Origin: Candidatus Zixiibacteriota bacterium
GTDB lineage: Bacteria; Zixibacteria; MSB-5A5; GN15; FEB-12
Direction of reading: 5' to 3'
Assembly (NCBI GenBank): GCA_041742355.1
Contig: JBGSIV010000025.1
Span: 1-27,211 of the forward strand
DNA: 27,211 nucleotides
The translations under genes were made by a program, and so were the position numbers. The notes under the pieces are model-generated. The model saw nothing but the letters and a program-made list of their open reading frames with translations. It was not told where the DNA came from and ran no database searches. Within the stretch, counting starts at the first letter, position 1, and each line of letters opens with the position of its first letter. Positions 24,894 to 27,211 of this stretch are shown here, one piece after another.

Positions 24894-26846
24894 TCAGCCC
24901 TCTTTGCGAGCGGGGGCGGGAGTGTTCTTCTTCAGGTGTTTGGTGAAGAACTCCACCTGGCGGCGGTACTCCTCGATAACGTTGACGCGTTTGCTGGCGC
25001 CGTGGCCCTCATCGGGGAAGATGAGGGAGTCGACGATACCGCCGGATTTCTGGATGGCCGCGATGATCTGTCGGGCCTCGCTCACCGGCACACGCGGGTC
25101 GTTCTCGCCGTGGACAACGAGGAGGGGTGTCTTTATGAGGTGAGCCTTGTGGATCGGCGAGATTTCATGAAGGAAGGCTTCGTCGGACAGCGGGCCGTAT
25201 TCCGCCTCGCGCAGGGCACGCCGGTAGGCGGCGGTGTTCAGGAGGAAGGTCTTGAAGTTAGCGATGCCGACGCCATCGATGGCGGCGCCGAACATGTCGG
25301 GGTACTCGGTGATCATGCCGAGGACGACGTAGCCGCCGTAGGAAGCCCCGCGGATGCCGACCATGCCCTGTTGCGTGTAGCCGTTGGCGATGAGCCACTC
25401 GACGCCGGCCTTGTAGTCCATGAGGGAGTGTTTCCGGTTCTTGTAGTCGTCCATCGCGAGGTACTTGCGCCCGTAACCGTCGGAGCCCCTGATGTTCGGG
25501 GCGAAGACGCCGAAGCCGTTGAGGAGGAAGTACTGGATGTTACGCTGGAAATAGGGGCGGGTCTGCCCCTCCGGGCCGCCGTGGGCGTCGACGATGAACG
25601 GGAGCGGTTCGCCCGGCTTGTAGTCGGGGGGGAGGTAGATGAAGGCGGGGATTTCCAGACCGTCGAAGCTTTTGTAGTGAATGAGCTGCGGCTCTCGGAA
25701 GAGCTGGCGGTCGATACCGGCGTAGATGGAGAACGTCAGTTGGTCGAGCTGTTCGTTGGTGGGATTCCAACGCCAGACATCGGGGGCCAGGGTGGGGGAG
25801 TTGAAGGAGATGAGGCAGCTGCCCGTGATGTCGAAGAAGCCGCCGGTAATGATGCCGTCGACCGGGGGACTTTTCAGGTCGCGGCCGGTTTCGATTTCAC
25901 GCAGCCGGATTCGGCCGTAACCGTCCTCATTGATGAGGGCGGCGAGGAAGCGGAAGTCCTGCGAGATGCGGAGGCCGTCGACCGGCCACTTCGGATCGGC
26001 CCATTCCGCGGGCGCCCATTGGATTTCGGGGGAGTCGACGGTCATTTTCGCCAGGCGGGGGATGCCGTCTTCGTTGTTGTTGCAAACCATCCAGATGGTC
26101 ATGTTGTCGGGCATGAGGACGGGGCCATCGTAAAGGACGCCGCCGGTGTCCGAGGTGATCTTACGGGCCTCGCGGGAGGCGAGGTCGAGCAGGTAGAGGT
26201 CGTTGGCGACATTTGAGGTGAGATGGTACATGAGCAGGAGGGTACCATCCTGGGAGACATTGAGCGGACCGTTGTACCCCTCCATGCCGAAAATCTTTTC
26301 GTAGTTGCCGGTAGCAATGTCCATCTGGTAAACGAGGAAGTCCTTGCCGTTTTCCTCGTTGGACCGGAAATAGATCTGGCGGTTGTCGGGGGACCAGACG
26401 ACGGAAGCGTACTGGACCTTCTGGCCTTCGGTGAGGCGGACGACACGGCCGGTGCGGGTGTCCATGAGGTGGAGGTCGGACTGCTCCGAGCCGCCGACGG
26501 AAGCGCCGACGATGGCCATGGCGCCGTTGGGGGAGAGTTCGAAGAAGTCGACGCCGTCTTCGAAGGTCGTGAGCTGGTAAGGCCATCCTTCGGGGGTGAG
26601 GCGGTAGATCTGACTGGCGCCGGACATGCTGGAGGTGAAATAGGCGTCGCGGCCGTCCCAGCTCAGGCCGGCGGCCGTACATCCGCCGATCTGGAGGAAG
26701 GTGGCGATATCGGGGACATATTGGCCCTGGTTGAGGAGCGATTTGACAGTGGGCGGCTGGCTGTCGGAGACCGCCTGGGAGGTGCAGGAGGCCAGCAGGG
26801 CGGCGCAGCAGAGGGCTGTGCCGACAAAGACAAGAGGCAGGCGCAT
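24894..26846 (-). CDS. S9 family (prolyl oligopeptidase/acylaminoacyl peptidase-like) lipoprotein
   Basis: AGGAG RBS, LASC lipobox, beta-propeller repeats, HGGPE, GASYGGY (Ser), HGENDPRV (Asp) and DEGHG (His). Confidence 0.93.
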   Translation of the reverse strand: MRLPLVFVGTALCCAALLASCTSQAVSDSQPPTVKSLLNQGQYVPDIATFLQIGGCTAAGLSWDGRDAYFTSSMSGASQIYRLTPEGWPYQLTTFEDGVDFFELSPNGAMAIVGASVGGSEQSDLHLMDTRTGRVVRLTEGQKVQYASVVWSPDNRQIYFRSNEENGKDFLVYQMDIATGNYEKIFGMEGYNGPLNVSQDGTLLLMYHLTSNVANDLYLLDLASREARKITSDTGGVLYDGPVLMPDNMTIWMVCNNNEDGIPRLAKMTVDSPEIQWAPAEWADPKWPVDGLRISQDFRFLAALINEDGYGRIRLREIETGRDLKSPPVDGIITGGFFDITGSCLISFNSPTLAPDVWRWNPTNEQLDQLTFSIYAGIDRQLFREPQLIHYKSFDGLEIPAFIYLPPDYKPGEPLPFIVDAHGGPEGQTRPYFQRNIQYFLLNGFGVFAPNIRGSDGYGRKYLAMDDYKNRKHSLMDYKAGVEWLIANGYTQQGMVGIRGASYGGYVVLGMITEYPDMFGAAIDGVGIANFKTFLLNTAAYRRALREAEYGPLSDEAFLHEISPIHKAHLIKTPLLVVHGENDPRVPVSEARQIIAAIQKSGGIVDSLIFPDEGHGASKRVNVIEEYRRQVEFFTKHLKKNTPAPARKEG

Positions 26847-27005
26847 ACGTTTCTCCTGTTTGGCGAGAACGTGTTGTTTCCTTTATGTACTGAGACGAAA
26901 ATAGGCGGTGGAAGTTCGGGGGGCAACCCAAAAAGGCCCGGAGCGTTGGCCGGAGTAATTCTCCGGCCCGAGTTTGTCGGTGATTGATGCGCCCGGCAGG
27001 GGGCG

Positions 27006-27211
27006 TCAGGTGGTCTGGTGGGGGACGATGAGGACGGCGTCGTCCTCTTCATAAGCGACGCGGCGGTGGAATTCGCACTGGTGGCAACGTCCGGCGCGAC
27101 GGCAACCGGAGGCGGGGCAGCCCTCCTGGTCGGCGATCATCCAGCAGATGCGGCCGGCGGCCTGGCCGCCGTTGATGCCGTCGCACTTGAGGGCGGTGGC
27201 GACCGGGCAGG
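27006..27211 (-). CDS. Cys-rich two-CW-domain-like protein, 3' part only (not in ORF track)
   Basis: Frame from 27209: CPVATALKCDGINGGQAAGRICWMIADQEGCPASGCRRAGRCHQCEFHRRVAYEEDDAVLIVPHQTT*. CP...DG.NGG..AGR.CW...C..C.F...V..EE pattern. Confidence 0.7.
   Translation of the reverse strand, partial: CPVATALKCDGINGGQAAGRICWMIADQEGCPASGCRRAGRCHQCEFHRRVAYEEDDAVLIVPHQTT

Overview
GC-rich bacterial chromosomal window. A secreted protein ending in a tandem dockerin-like repeat (GDANGD..NVSDLTFMVNYLFKGG.AP) suggests candidate phylum Zixibacteria or a relative; this is an inference. Housekeeping-type genes include a GlmU-like nucleotidyltransferase, galT-glgA, a GT-C-like membrane protein, tRNA-Gly/tRNA-Cys, a ferredoxin, a cysteine synthase/CBS, a SPOR lipoprotein, YjbQ, a GT2-TPR-CgeB glycosyltransferase and an S9 peptidase. 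The best candidate for a new system is a compact minus-strand RiPP-like operon at 20531-24777: promoter, radical SAM/SPASM maturase, a 28-aa precursor missed by the ORF track (MKFIEKPQDQRNKPCPCYKMLYYILPPW), a strong stem-loop, a second radical SAM/SPASM enzyme and two tandem paralogous methyltransferases, next to a lipoprotein S9 peptidase. Other hidden features are a HesB/IscA-like selenoprotein with in-frame UGA and SECIS-like hairpin (2152-2487), a candidate ~80-nt sRNA with its own promoter (14770-14885), a decayed duplicate of the ferredoxin 5' end flanking a large cupredoxin/BNR/dockerin gene, a sigma28-like promoter before the glycosyltransferase, and a palindromic operator before an HTH regulator cassette. 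All family names come from motif recognition by eye, not from database searches.
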